Origin: Flavobacteriales bacterium
GTDB lineage: Bacteria; Bacteroidota; Bacteroidia; Flavobacteriales; TMED113
NCBI GenBank assembly: GCA_002863085.1
Contig: PKDT01000006.1
Location: 14,595-78,594, forward strand
Length of the DNA stretch: 64,000 nt
Reading direction: 5' to 3'
Shown here: positions 19,109 to 27,206 of the stretch, in pieces
Numbering within the stretch: the stretch's first letter is position 1
How the letters are laid out: the number at the start of each line of letters is the position of its first letter
Translations under genes and position numbers: made by a program
The notes under the pieces: generated by a model
Seen by the model: the letters and a program-made list of their open reading frames with translations, nothing else
Told to the model about the DNA's origin: nothing
Database searches by the model: none

Positions 19109-21328
19109 ATGAAAAAAAACATATTGAAAATACTTATTTTAAGTTTCGTTATTACATACGCTCAACCCAACAATTATTATGAGTCTTGTAATGGTTTAAT
19201 CGGTGAAGAACTTAAAAACGAATTACACAACATTATTAAAAATCACACCTCGTACTCATATACAACAACCAAAAGTATTCTCAGAGACTCGGACGAGGAT
19301 CCAAATAATTCATCAAATATAATTTTAGTCTACAGCGGAAACTCAATTGACAAATTTGATTTTGCATCAAATTTTGAACCTGACTTTTGGAATCGAGAAC
19401 ATGTCTGGCCAAAGTCTCACGGTGATTTTGATGCTGGAGATCCGTTCGAGGTTCCACTTTACACAGACGCACACAACCTTAAACCTGTAGATCACAGCAT
19501 GAATACAACCAGAGGTGAGAAAGATTTTGATAATGGTGGGGAAATTGTATTTAATGGTTCGATTGAAACAAATTGTTATGATACTGGGTCTACTTTTGAG
19601 CCAAGAGATGAAGTAAAGGGTGATATTGCCAGAATAATATTTTACATGGATGTTCGTTACGAAGGTGGAAATAATGAACCTAATCTTGTTCCCGTCGATG
19701 GGCTAACGACATATCCAAACCCACAAATAGGAGTACTTTCAACTCTACTAGAATGGCACGAACAAGACCCTCCAGATGCTTTCGAGAGAAGAAGAAATGA
19801 TGTAATTTTTGAATGGCAAGGAAATAGAAATCCCTTTATAGATTATCCTGAATTTGTAGAGCTAATTTATAATGAAGACCCCTCCCCCTCAACTGTCGAA
19901 ATTAATAATGTTCTAACACCAGAAAATATTAATGGACAGGAAGCATTTATGATAACAGCAAATATCAATAGTCCAATAGATTGCCCTATTTATAATGTTA
20001 CAATTAATTTTGGCAATAGCTGGTATAATTTAAATAATTCACAGACCATGAACATAAATTCTGAGGGTCAGTTCGAGGTATTAATCCCTGAACAACCTTA
20101 CAATACTATGTTTTGCTTTTCTATAACCGCAACTATCTGTGATGAAGCTGAAGGAACCTTTTATGGTTCTCAAGTTATACCCCCACTTCCGTTTGAGGGC
20201 ATATTAACTCCTATCTCTGATATTCAAGGACAAACTGAATATTCTCCATTTGACGGTGAATTTGTAAATACATCTGGTATTGTCACTGGAGCATTTGCAA
20301 ATAGTTTTTATATTCAGGATGGAAATGAACCTTGGTCTGGGATATACATATACAGCGGAGGGGCTCTACCATCAATTGGAGACAGTGTTATTGTTTCAGG
20401 TCAAATAAGTGAATTTTGTTGGAATGGCAGTCCATGCGACTGTAGTTCTTGCGGCGGCGCTGGAGTAACAGAGTTCTATCAACCAGATGATATATATATT
20501 ATAAGTAATAATAACCCTTTACCTGAACCTATTGTTGTAACCAGCGGTGAGGCACTAACAGAACAATATGAAGGAGTTCTTGTTAGAATAGAACAAGCTG
20601 AGTGTATTTCTTTGCCGGGTGGATTCGGTGTTTGGGATGTTAATGATGGAAGCGGAGTTTGTGGAATTCACAATACACCTGATGGCTTTGAATTCGACCC
20701 TGAGGTTGGGGAAGTTTACAACATTACAGGAATCGTTACATCAACATTTGATGAATGGAAAGTCGACTTAAGGATGCAATCTGATGTAGAGACCGGTCCT
20801 GATGTCAGCGCACCATTTGTTTCAAGTCACAGCTGCTTCCAGGTTAACGGCAATTATTTTCTTTATATTTACTTCAATGAACCAATAAATCAAACAGCAA
20901 TAAATATCGACAACTTTTTTATAACTAATGCCGACATAATTGATGTTTCTAACGACTCATTTGACCCAACAAAAATTACTCTAACTTTAGATAATGTATT
21001 GTCTCCAAACTTTGGAATAATAATTTCTGAAATTAGTGATATGATTGGCAACTCTCAAACAAACTTAACATACACAGCTGAATGTGATTTTGTATTTAAC
21101 GTTTCCGAATTAGACTTTAACAATCTTAATTTTCAAATTATTAATAATCAGACAATAGTTTTAAACTTAAAGGGAAAGTCAAACCATATTGAAATTTTTA
21201 AACACACAGGACAAAGAATTTTGAATGAAAACATAGGCTCTGGAAGTCACATTATTGATGTTGGTTCAACAGGAATTTTCTTTGCTAGAATAAATAATAA
21301 AGTAAAACATTTTTTTGTAACGGACTAA
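19109..21328 (+). CDS. Multidomain secreted endonuclease I family nuclease with T9SS-like C-terminus
   Basis: An endonuclease I core (NREHVWPKSHG, DAHNLKPVDHSMNTTRGEKDF, GDIARIIFYMDVRY, RNPFIDYPE) spans about aa 20-255. An ExeM/NucH-type module (ISDIQGQTEYSPFDGEFVNTSGIVTG...FYIQDG...GIYIY...IGDSVIVSGQISEF) spans about aa 364-560. An Ig-like segment and a CTD-like tail (IEIFKHTGQRILNE...GIFFARINNKVKHFFV) follow. Confidence 0.75.
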   Translation: MKKNILKILILSFVITYAQPNNYYESCNGLIGEELKNELHNIIKNHTSYSYTTTKSILRDSDEDPNNSSNIILVYSGNSIDKFDFASNFEPDFWNREHVWPKSHGDFDAGDPFEVPLYTDAHNLKPVDHSMNTTRGEKDFDNGGEIVFNGSIETNCYDTGSTFEPRDEVKGDIARIIFYMDVRYEGGNNEPNLVPVDGLTTYPNPQIGVLSTLLEWHEQDPPDAFERRRNDVIFEWQGNRNPFIDYPEFVELIYNEDPSPSTVEINNVLTPENINGQEAFMITANINSPIDCPIYNVTINFGNSWYNLNNSQTMNINSEGQFEVLIPEQPYNTMFCFSITATICDEAEGTFYGSQVIPPLPFEGILTPISDIQGQTEYSPFDGEFVNTSGIVTGAFANSFYIQDGNEPWSGIYIYSGGALPSIGDSVIVSGQISEFCWNGSPCDCSSCGGAGVTEFYQPDDIYIISNNNPLPEPIVVTSGEALTEQYEGVLVRIEQAECISLPGGFGVWDVNDGSGVCGIHNTPDGFEFDPEVGEVYNITGIVTSTFDEWKVDLRMQSDVETGPDVSAPFVSSHSCFQVNGNYFLYIYFNEPINQTAINIDNFFITNADIIDVSNDSFDPTKITLTLDNVLSPNFGIIISEISDMIGNSQTNLTYTAECDFVFNVSELDFNNLNFQIINNQTIVLNLKGKSNHIEIFKHTGQRILNENIGSGSHIIDVGSTGIFFARINNKVKHFFVTD

Positions 21329-22563
21329 CTTGCAAATTGCATTAAAATTCCACACAACCAGGCTGCATATGTACCTAGGGCATAGCCTAGTACAGCCAAA
21401 AGAACCCCAACAGGAGCTAACGATGGATGAAAAGCAGAAGCAACAACAGGTGCAGATGCCGCACCACCAACATTGGCTTGGCTTCCAACAGCAACAAAAA
21501 AGAAAGGGGCTTTAATAAACTTAGCTACAGCTAAAAGAAGCGTCACATGAACTAGCATCCATATAATGCCCAAAAGAAATACACCCGGAGAGTCAAGTAT
21601 GGCTAGAGCGTTCATTTTCATTCCAATTGTAGCAACTAAAATATATAAAAAGATTGATCCAATAGTTGAGGCTCCAGCACCCTCGTATTTTCGAAATTTT
21701 GTAAATGATAATACTAAACCACCAGTTGTAGATAAGATAATTAACCAGAAAAACTTGCTATTTAAGCTAAACTTAGATAATCCAGGATAGTTTTGCTGAA
21801 TAAATGGGGCAATATTGTCTGCAAGTAAGTGAGAAAGACCAGTTATACCAAAAGCGATTGAACATATTACCATTAAATCTAAAAATGAAGGAATTCTTTG
21901 ATTTTTCTTTTTGAACTGTATGAGTTGGTTCTTTAGTTCCTCGATAGAAGAGGAGTCAGCCTTTAACCAATTATCTAATCGTTTTGTTATTCCGGCTCCG
22001 TAGAGTAGAAAGCCCATCCAAATATTTGCAACAATTACATCAACTGTAATCATTGAGCTAAAAATTTCGTCATTCACTTCAAACATTTCCTTCATTGCAG
22101 CCTGATTGGCTCCTCCACCAATCCAACTCCCAGCAACTGTTGAAAGCCCTCTCCATAAATCTTCAGAGCTTAATGGAATAGCACTTGGGAAAACCTTGGT
22201 GACAATCATTAGACTCAGAGGCCCGCCTATTAAGATACCGAAAGTACCTGTTAAAAACATAATTATTGCCTTTGGTCCAAGGTTTTTAATTTTTTCTAAA
22301 TCTATGCTGAGAGTCAAAAGTATAAGACTAGATGGTAATAAATATCTGGAAGAAATAAAATATAAATTTGATTCTTTACCAGAAATAATTCCTAAACTAT
22401 TAAATATTGAGGGAATAAAGTAACAAAGTAGTAATGCAGGAACATACTTAAAAAAATTCTTAACATGTTTATTAGAACTTTTTTCTAAAGAAAATATAAT
22501 TGTTAACAAAACAACAAGCAGTCCGAGAACACTTGCATCATTTTTTAAAATTGTCAGTATCAT
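21325..22563 (-). CDS. Polytopic membrane protein (DUF819-like)
   Basis: The 412-aa product has 10 or more hydrophobic segments and the motif AGSWIGGGANQAAM. The family assignment is tentative. Confidence 0.5.
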   Translation of the reverse strand: MILTILKNDASVLGLLVVLLTIIFSLEKSSNKHVKNFFKYVPALLLCYFIPSIFNSLGIISGKESNLYFISSRYLLPSSLILLTLSIDLEKIKNLGPKAIIMFLTGTFGILIGGPLSLMIVTKVFPSAIPLSSEDLWRGLSTVAGSWIGGGANQAAMKEMFEVNDEIFSSMITVDVIVANIWMGFLLYGAGITKRLDNWLKADSSSIEELKNQLIQFKKKNQRIPSFLDLMVICSIAFGITGLSHLLADNIAPFIQQNYPGLSKFSLNSKFFWLIILSTTGGLVLSFTKFRKYEGAGASTIGSIFLYILVATIGMKMNALAILDSPGVFLLGIIWMLVHVTLLLAVAKFIKAPFFFVAVGSQANVGGAASAPVVASAFHPSLAPVGVLLAVLGYALGTYAAWLCGILMQFAS

Positions 22564-22573
22564 ATTATTAAAA

Positions 22574-23335
22574 TTATTTTAGTATTTCATTTATTGTCTT
22601 CAAAAATGACTCTTTATTGTCGAAATGAAGCCAATGACCTGCTTGATTAATTTTATGAATTCTAAAGTTAGGGAAAAATTCTTTTATTATTAATTTATCA
22701 GATTCTTTGATGTATTCGGAGTTCTCGCCCTTTAAAAAATGACATTTACCCATCCATTTTTTATTTGATTTTTGAAAATCCATAAGTTGATTCTGGAATG
22801 ATTCTATTGCTTTTATGTTAAACCTAAACTTTAATTCTTTATCATTTATCCAGTATAAATTTTTAAGTAAAAAGTTTATGGTATTATTATCTAACTCACC
22901 AGCTCTTAAAATATTTTTAACATAATTTCTGTTGGTTATAGGTTTTGAGCTTATTTCAAAAAGTAAATTGATTAAGTCTTTGTGATTTGGTTCATACTTT
23001 TTGGGAGATATATCTGCAATAATGAGATTGTTCAGCATATTACTATTGTCAAGAGCAAATTGCATTGCAGTTTTCCCACCCATTGAATGACCAATTAAAC
23101 TTGGTTTACAAATTCCATAAGCATTTATGTATTTTTTTAAATCTTGAGACATTGCATAATATGTGTGATCATTACTGTGGAAGGATTTTCCATGATTTCT
23201 TTGATCAATTATATGAACTTGGAATTTTGTAGATAGTTCTCTAGCAATGCTGTTCCAGTTTTCCAAAGACCCAAACAAACCGTGAAGTATTATCAACGGA
23301 TGACCAGAACCCATGACTTTAGAATTCAAAATCAT
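22574..23335 (-). CDS. Alpha/beta hydrolase
   Basis: The motif HPLIILHGLFGS, the nucleophile elbow GHSMGG and a C-terminal GHWLH are present. Confidence 0.75.
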   Translation of the reverse strand: MILNSKVMGSGHPLIILHGLFGSLENWNSIARELSTKFQVHIIDQRNHGKSFHSNDHTYYAMSQDLKKYINAYGICKPSLIGHSMGGKTAMQFALDNSNMLNNLIIADISPKKYEPNHKDLINLLFEISSKPITNRNYVKNILRAGELDNNTINFLLKNLYWINDKELKFRFNIKAIESFQNQLMDFQKSNKKWMGKCHFLKGENSEYIKESDKLIIKEFFPNFRIHKINQAGHWLHFDNKESFLKTINEILK

Positions 23336-24045
23336 AAAAGCTTTTCCTTGTATTTTCTAATTGTATTCTCTATTCCCAAGTATAAAGAGTCACATATCAA
23401 TGCGTGACCTATAGACACTTCCGAAAGAAAAGGAACATTTTGTTTGAAATAACATAAATTATTTAAATCTAAATCATGCCCTGCATTTAATCCCAACTCT
23501 AATTCATTGGCTTTTAATGCAGCTATTGTGTAGGCCTCAACAGCATTTTTTTTATCATGTGAAAAATTTTTGGCATAATGACCTGTATAAAGTTCAATTC
23601 TATCAAAATTTATTTTTTTTGCAGCATAAATATCGTCAATATTTGGTTCAACAAACACAGATGTTCTTATTTTATTTTTTTTTAATTCTTTATTAATGTC
23701 AATTAAAAAATTAAAATCTTTTGTCATATCCCATCCTCTATCAGATGTTAGTGCTTCAGGATTATCAGGGACTAAGGTAACTTGAGTGGGATTAATATTG
23801 ATAACTGAATTTAAAAAATCCTTGGTTGGATATCCTTCAATATTAAATTCTGTTTTAATTATGTGTTTTAAGTCGAAAAGATCTTGCTTTTTTATATGTC
23901 GTTCATCAGGCCTTGGGTGTACAGTTATACCGTCTGCACCATATGACTGACAGTCTATAGCAAATTTTATTAAATCCGGTTTTTTGCCACCCCTTGCATT
24001 TCTTAGGGTAGCAATCTTGTTAAGATTAACACTAAGCTTAGTCAT
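23332..24045 (-). CDS. pdxJ: Pyridoxine 5'-phosphate synthase
   Basis: Motifs LSVNLNKIATLRNARGG, HPRPDERHI and NAGHDL are present. The gene is 237 aa. Confidence 0.9.
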   Translation of the reverse strand: MTKLSVNLNKIATLRNARGGKKPDLIKFAIDCQSYGADGITVHPRPDERHIKKQDLFDLKHIIKTEFNIEGYPTKDFLNSVININPTQVTLVPDNPEALTSDRGWDMTKDFNFLIDINKELKKNKIRTSVFVEPNIDDIYAAKKINFDRIELYTGHYAKNFSHDKKNAVEAYTIAALKANELELGLNAGHDLDLNNLCYFKQNVPFLSEVSIGHALICDSLYLGIENTIRKYKEKLL

Positions 24046-24070
24046 ATTTAGTTTTTTTTTAAGAAAATAG

Positions 24071-24078
24071 TATGTTTG
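24071..24078 (+). promoter_or_regulatory. Bacteroidetes-type -7 promoter box (TATGTTTG) for the CBS/nadK operon
   Basis: This is a perfect TAnnTTTG match ending 20 nt upstream of the ATG at 24099. Confidence 0.5.
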
Positions 24079-24089
24079 TAAATATACAT

Positions 24090-24097
24090 CAAAAATA
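24090..24097 (-). promoter_or_regulatory. Bacteroidetes-type -7 promoter box (TATTTTTG on the minus strand) for pdxJ
   Basis: The plus strand reads CAAAAATA. On the minus strand this is a perfect TAnnTTTG match, 44 nt upstream of the pdxJ ATG at 24045. It is divergent with the box at 24071. Confidence 0.35.
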
Positions 24098-24098
24098 A

Positions 24099-24755
24099 AT
24101 GATAGAAGATATAATTAAAACTGACGTTTCTCCTTTGCATATAAATGAAAGTGGAATCAACTCGTTGTCAATAATGGACCAGCTAAAAGTTAACCAGCTA
24201 CCCGTAATTGATTTACAAAAAAACTTTCTTGGAATTATAAATGATGAAATAATAATGGAGCTGGAAGACCTCAATGACCCGCTGTTTGTTCTTAAAAAAA
24301 AATTCGATTTTAAGTTTATTTTTAAAGGCTCTCATCTGTTTGAAGCAATGAAAATTATTTCACAAAATCATTTAGCAAACCTCCCTGTAGTTGATAAAAA
24401 TTACAATTATATTGGCTTGATTTCAATAATTGATGTACTGAGAGCATTTAACATTTATGATGACTACATGAGTAATAAGTTTGTAATTGTTATATCATCA
24501 ACAAAAAAAAATTATATTTTATCTGAAATATATAGAATCATTGAGGACAACAACGGAACTGTAAATAAATTTTGGAGGGTAATTAAAAATGATAAAGTTG
24601 AACTAAACTTAATAATTGACTCTGAGAGAAAGGAAAGGATTATAAGAGCACTCGAAAGATACAATTATAAAATTTCTGCTTGTTTTTTCGAAAATGACAT
24701 GAAAGATAACTTTGAGGATAATTTTGAGTCACTATACAAATATTTAAACCCCTAA
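24099..24755 (+). CDS. CBS domain-containing protein
   Basis: Two CBS-like repeats are present (LPVIDLQKNFLGIINDEII and LPVVDKNYNYIGLISIIDVL). The gene is 218 aa. Confidence 0.6.
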   Translation: MIEDIIKTDVSPLHINESGINSLSIMDQLKVNQLPVIDLQKNFLGIINDEIIMELEDLNDPLFVLKKKFDFKFIFKGSHLFEAMKIISQNHLANLPVVDKNYNYIGLISIIDVLRAFNIYDDYMSNKFVIVISSTKKNYILSEIYRIIEDNNGTVNKFWRVIKNDKVELNLIIDSERKERIIRALERYNYKISACFFENDMKDNFEDNFESLYKYLNP

Positions 24756-24756
24756 A

Positions 24757-25641
24757 ATGAAATTACTTCTACATTGCAAAAAATTTTCCAGAGAAATAAG
24801 TAGACAAATTATCGATTTTGTTGATAATCTAACAAAATCAGAGCATGATATTTTTTTTACAAAAAAATTTTCTGAAGAAATTAATAGACAAACCTCCAAG
24901 TATAATCTTAGTGTAATAAATAATGTAGGTATTTCTCACAGTAAAAAAAAATTTGATTTTTTAATTTGCTTCGGTGGTGATGGTACAATTTTAGATGCAA
25001 CTACAATTGTACAAAAAACCGAGATTCCTATAGTTGGAATTAACATTGGAAGGCTTGGATTCCTTGCAACAATATCCAAAAACGAAATCAGTTCATTAAT
25101 GAATCATTTAGAAAACAAAAATTACTCATTAAGCAGGCGTACATTAATTGAAATATATGGGGGAAATAGTGAAATCGATTTCCCGTACTCCCTAAACGAG
25201 ATTTCAGTGTCTTCTAAAGAAAACTCATCAATGATTAATATTAAGGTTTTCTTAAATAACAATTATTTAAATACATATTGGGCTGATGGATTAATCGTAT
25301 CTACTCCAACTGGCTCAACAGGGTACTCTTTGAGTTGTGGAGGTCCAATTGTAATGCCAAAATCAAATAATTTTATTATTACTCCAATTGCTCCACACAA
25401 TTTAAATGTACGTCCTCTCGTTATTTCTGATAAGAATATTATTCGTTTGGAAATAATTGAAAGTAAGACCAGAAAATTTTTATTATCAATGGACTCAAGA
25501 AATTACTATGTAAAACAAGCTAGTTGTATCACAATAAAAAAAGCTGACTACAAAATTAATTTACTAGAACTCAAAAATTCAACCTACTCTAAAACAATAA
25601 GAGAAAAACTTCTTTGGGGTCTCGATACCAGAAATTATTAA
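24757..25641 (+). CDS. nadK: NAD kinase
   Basis: Motifs GGDGTILDA, DGLIVSTPTGSTGYSLSCGGPIV and HNL are present. Confidence 0.85.
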   Translation: MKLLLHCKKFSREISRQIIDFVDNLTKSEHDIFFTKKFSEEINRQTSKYNLSVINNVGISHSKKKFDFLICFGGDGTILDATTIVQKTEIPIVGINIGRLGFLATISKNEISSLMNHLENKNYSLSRRTLIEIYGGNSEIDFPYSLNEISVSSKENSSMINIKVFLNNNYLNTYWADGLIVSTPTGSTGYSLSCGGPIVMPKSNNFIITPIAPHNLNVRPLVISDKNIIRLEIIESKTRKFLLSMDSRNYYVKQASCITIKKADYKINLLELKNSTYSKTIREKLLWGLDTRNY

Positions 25642-25647
25642 CTGTAT

Positions 25648-26472
25648 ATGTTTAATCGCATTTTTTTTTTAGTCATTGTATTTGTTTTTATAAACTCAAA
25701 TTTCACCCCTGCTCAAACGAATGAATTAGGGATATTCTTTGGAGGCTCATTATTCCATGGTGATTTAGGCTTTCAAAATTCTGAAAATGCATTTATGGCC
25801 TCAAGGCCTTCATTTGGAATTAATATCAAAAGAAATATAAATTATTATTTTGGATTAAATTTATCGTTAAAAAGAGGTATAATTCAAGCCAAAGATTCAT
25901 CAAGCGAAGATTTATTTAATCAAAACAGAGATTTGGACTTCAGATCTTCTATTACAGACTTATCGCTTCTATTTGAATTTAACTTTCAACCTTACTCTTC
26001 AAGAGATTCTGAATACAATAATAGTTTTTTTGTTTACAGTGGAGTTAGCCGATTTTATTTCAACCCTCAAAGACAGTCGGAAAATGGTTTTTGGTATAAT
26101 TTAAGGCCTCTCAACACGGAAGGCCAAGGTTCAGACTTCTATCCAGGAAGGCAACCATATGACCTATCTGCATTTTCAATTCCGGTTGGAATTGGTTATA
26201 AAGTTAACATATTTGAATATTTAACTCTATCGTTTCATATGAACTGGAGATTTACATTTACTGACTACTTAGATGATGTAAGTACTTCGTACGTTGAACC
26301 AAGTGTTCAAAATCCGCTAACCCTCGATTTATCTGATGATTTAACTGAAAGTTATCCAGTTGGCTTTCAAAGAGGAGACCCAAATAATTTCGACAAGTAT
26401 GGTTTTTTTGGAATTAGTATATTATACAGCATAAAAGATCCTAGTAAAGAATGTATTGATATAATAAAATGA
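25648..26472 (+). CDS. Outer-membrane beta-barrel protein of unknown function (DUF6089-like)
   Basis: The product has a signal peptide and an alternating beta-strand pattern. It occupies the conserved position between nadK and uppS. The family name is tentative. Confidence 0.45.
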   Translation: MFNRIFFLVIVFVFINSNFTPAQTNELGIFFGGSLFHGDLGFQNSENAFMASRPSFGINIKRNINYYFGLNLSLKRGIIQAKDSSSEDLFNQNRDLDFRSSITDLSLLFEFNFQPYSSRDSEYNNSFFVYSGVSRFYFNPQRQSENGFWYNLRPLNTEGQGSDFYPGRQPYDLSAFSIPVGIGYKVNIFEYLTLSFHMNWRFTFTDYLDDVSTSYVEPSVQNPLTLDLSDDLTESYPVGFQRGDPNNFDKYGFFGISILYSIKDPSKECIDIIK

Positions 26473-27206
26473 ACATCATAAAAAAAATTACGAACGGGAT
26501 TATTCCTAAACACATTGCAATCATAATGGATGGTAATGGAAGATGGGCACTTGAGAGAGGGGAAAATAGATTTTATGGGCACAAACAGGGTGTAAAAACT
26601 GTTTTCAAGATCGTTGAAGCTGCCATGAAGATAGACGTAAAATATCTTACTCTATTTGCTTTTTCCAGAGAGAATTGGGGAAGACCCAAACATGAAATCA
26701 AAAAGATATTACAACTTTTGAGTTCAACTATTAAAGAAAATGAAAAACACTTTCTGAGAAATAAGATAAAGCTCAAAACTATTGGAAATATTAATGACCT
26801 ACCAACTTTATCGCAAAAACTCATTAATCAAGTTGTGAATAAAACTAAAAATAATAACAAAATCACTATTTATCTGGCTTTGAGCTACAGCTCAAAAAAT
26901 GAAATTATTGAAGCAGTGAAAAAAATTATTAAAGAAAAAAAATATTTAGACACTGAAATTGACGAAGAACTCATTAGTCAAAACTTACAAACATATAAAT
27001 GTCCAGATCCTGAGTTATTAATCAGAACAAGCGGAGAAAAAAGAATAAGTAATTTCTTACTTTGGCAAATTGCATACTCAGAATTATATTTTAGTAAAAA
27101 AAAATGGCCAGATTTTGATGCAGAAGAACTATATATGGCTATTTTTGAATATCAAAAAAGAGAAAGGAGATTTGGAAAAACAACTGAACAGATTGAAAAA
27201 AAATAG
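26469..27206 (+). CDS. uppS: Undecaprenyl-diphosphate synthase (isoprenyl transferase)
   Basis: Motifs HIAIIMDGNGRWA, FAFSRENW and IRTSGEKRISNFLLWQIAYSELYF are present. Confidence 0.9.
   Translation: MNIIKKITNGIIPKHIAIIMDGNGRWALERGENRFYGHKQGVKTVFKIVEAAMKIDVKYLTLFAFSRENWGRPKHEIKKILQLLSSTIKENEKHFLRNKIKLKTIGNINDLPTLSQKLINQVVNKTKNNNKITIYLALSYSSKNEIIEAVKKIIKEKKYLDTEIDEELISQNLQTYKCPDPELLIRTSGEKRISNFLLWQIAYSELYFSKKKWPDFDAEELYMAIFEYQKRERRFGKTTEQIEKK

Noticed and set aside
27070-27192. Longer N-terminal extensions offered by the ORF track: bamA at 27070, exbD at 4404, the PpiD-like gene at 40949, lptC at 42765, msrA at 49533, GNAT at 54243 and M43 paralog 3 at 61651.
   Set aside because: In each case an internal start gives a canonical N-terminus (signal peptide, TM anchor or conserved family start). 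The extension either overlaps the upstream gene or, for 61651, overlaps the promoter box.
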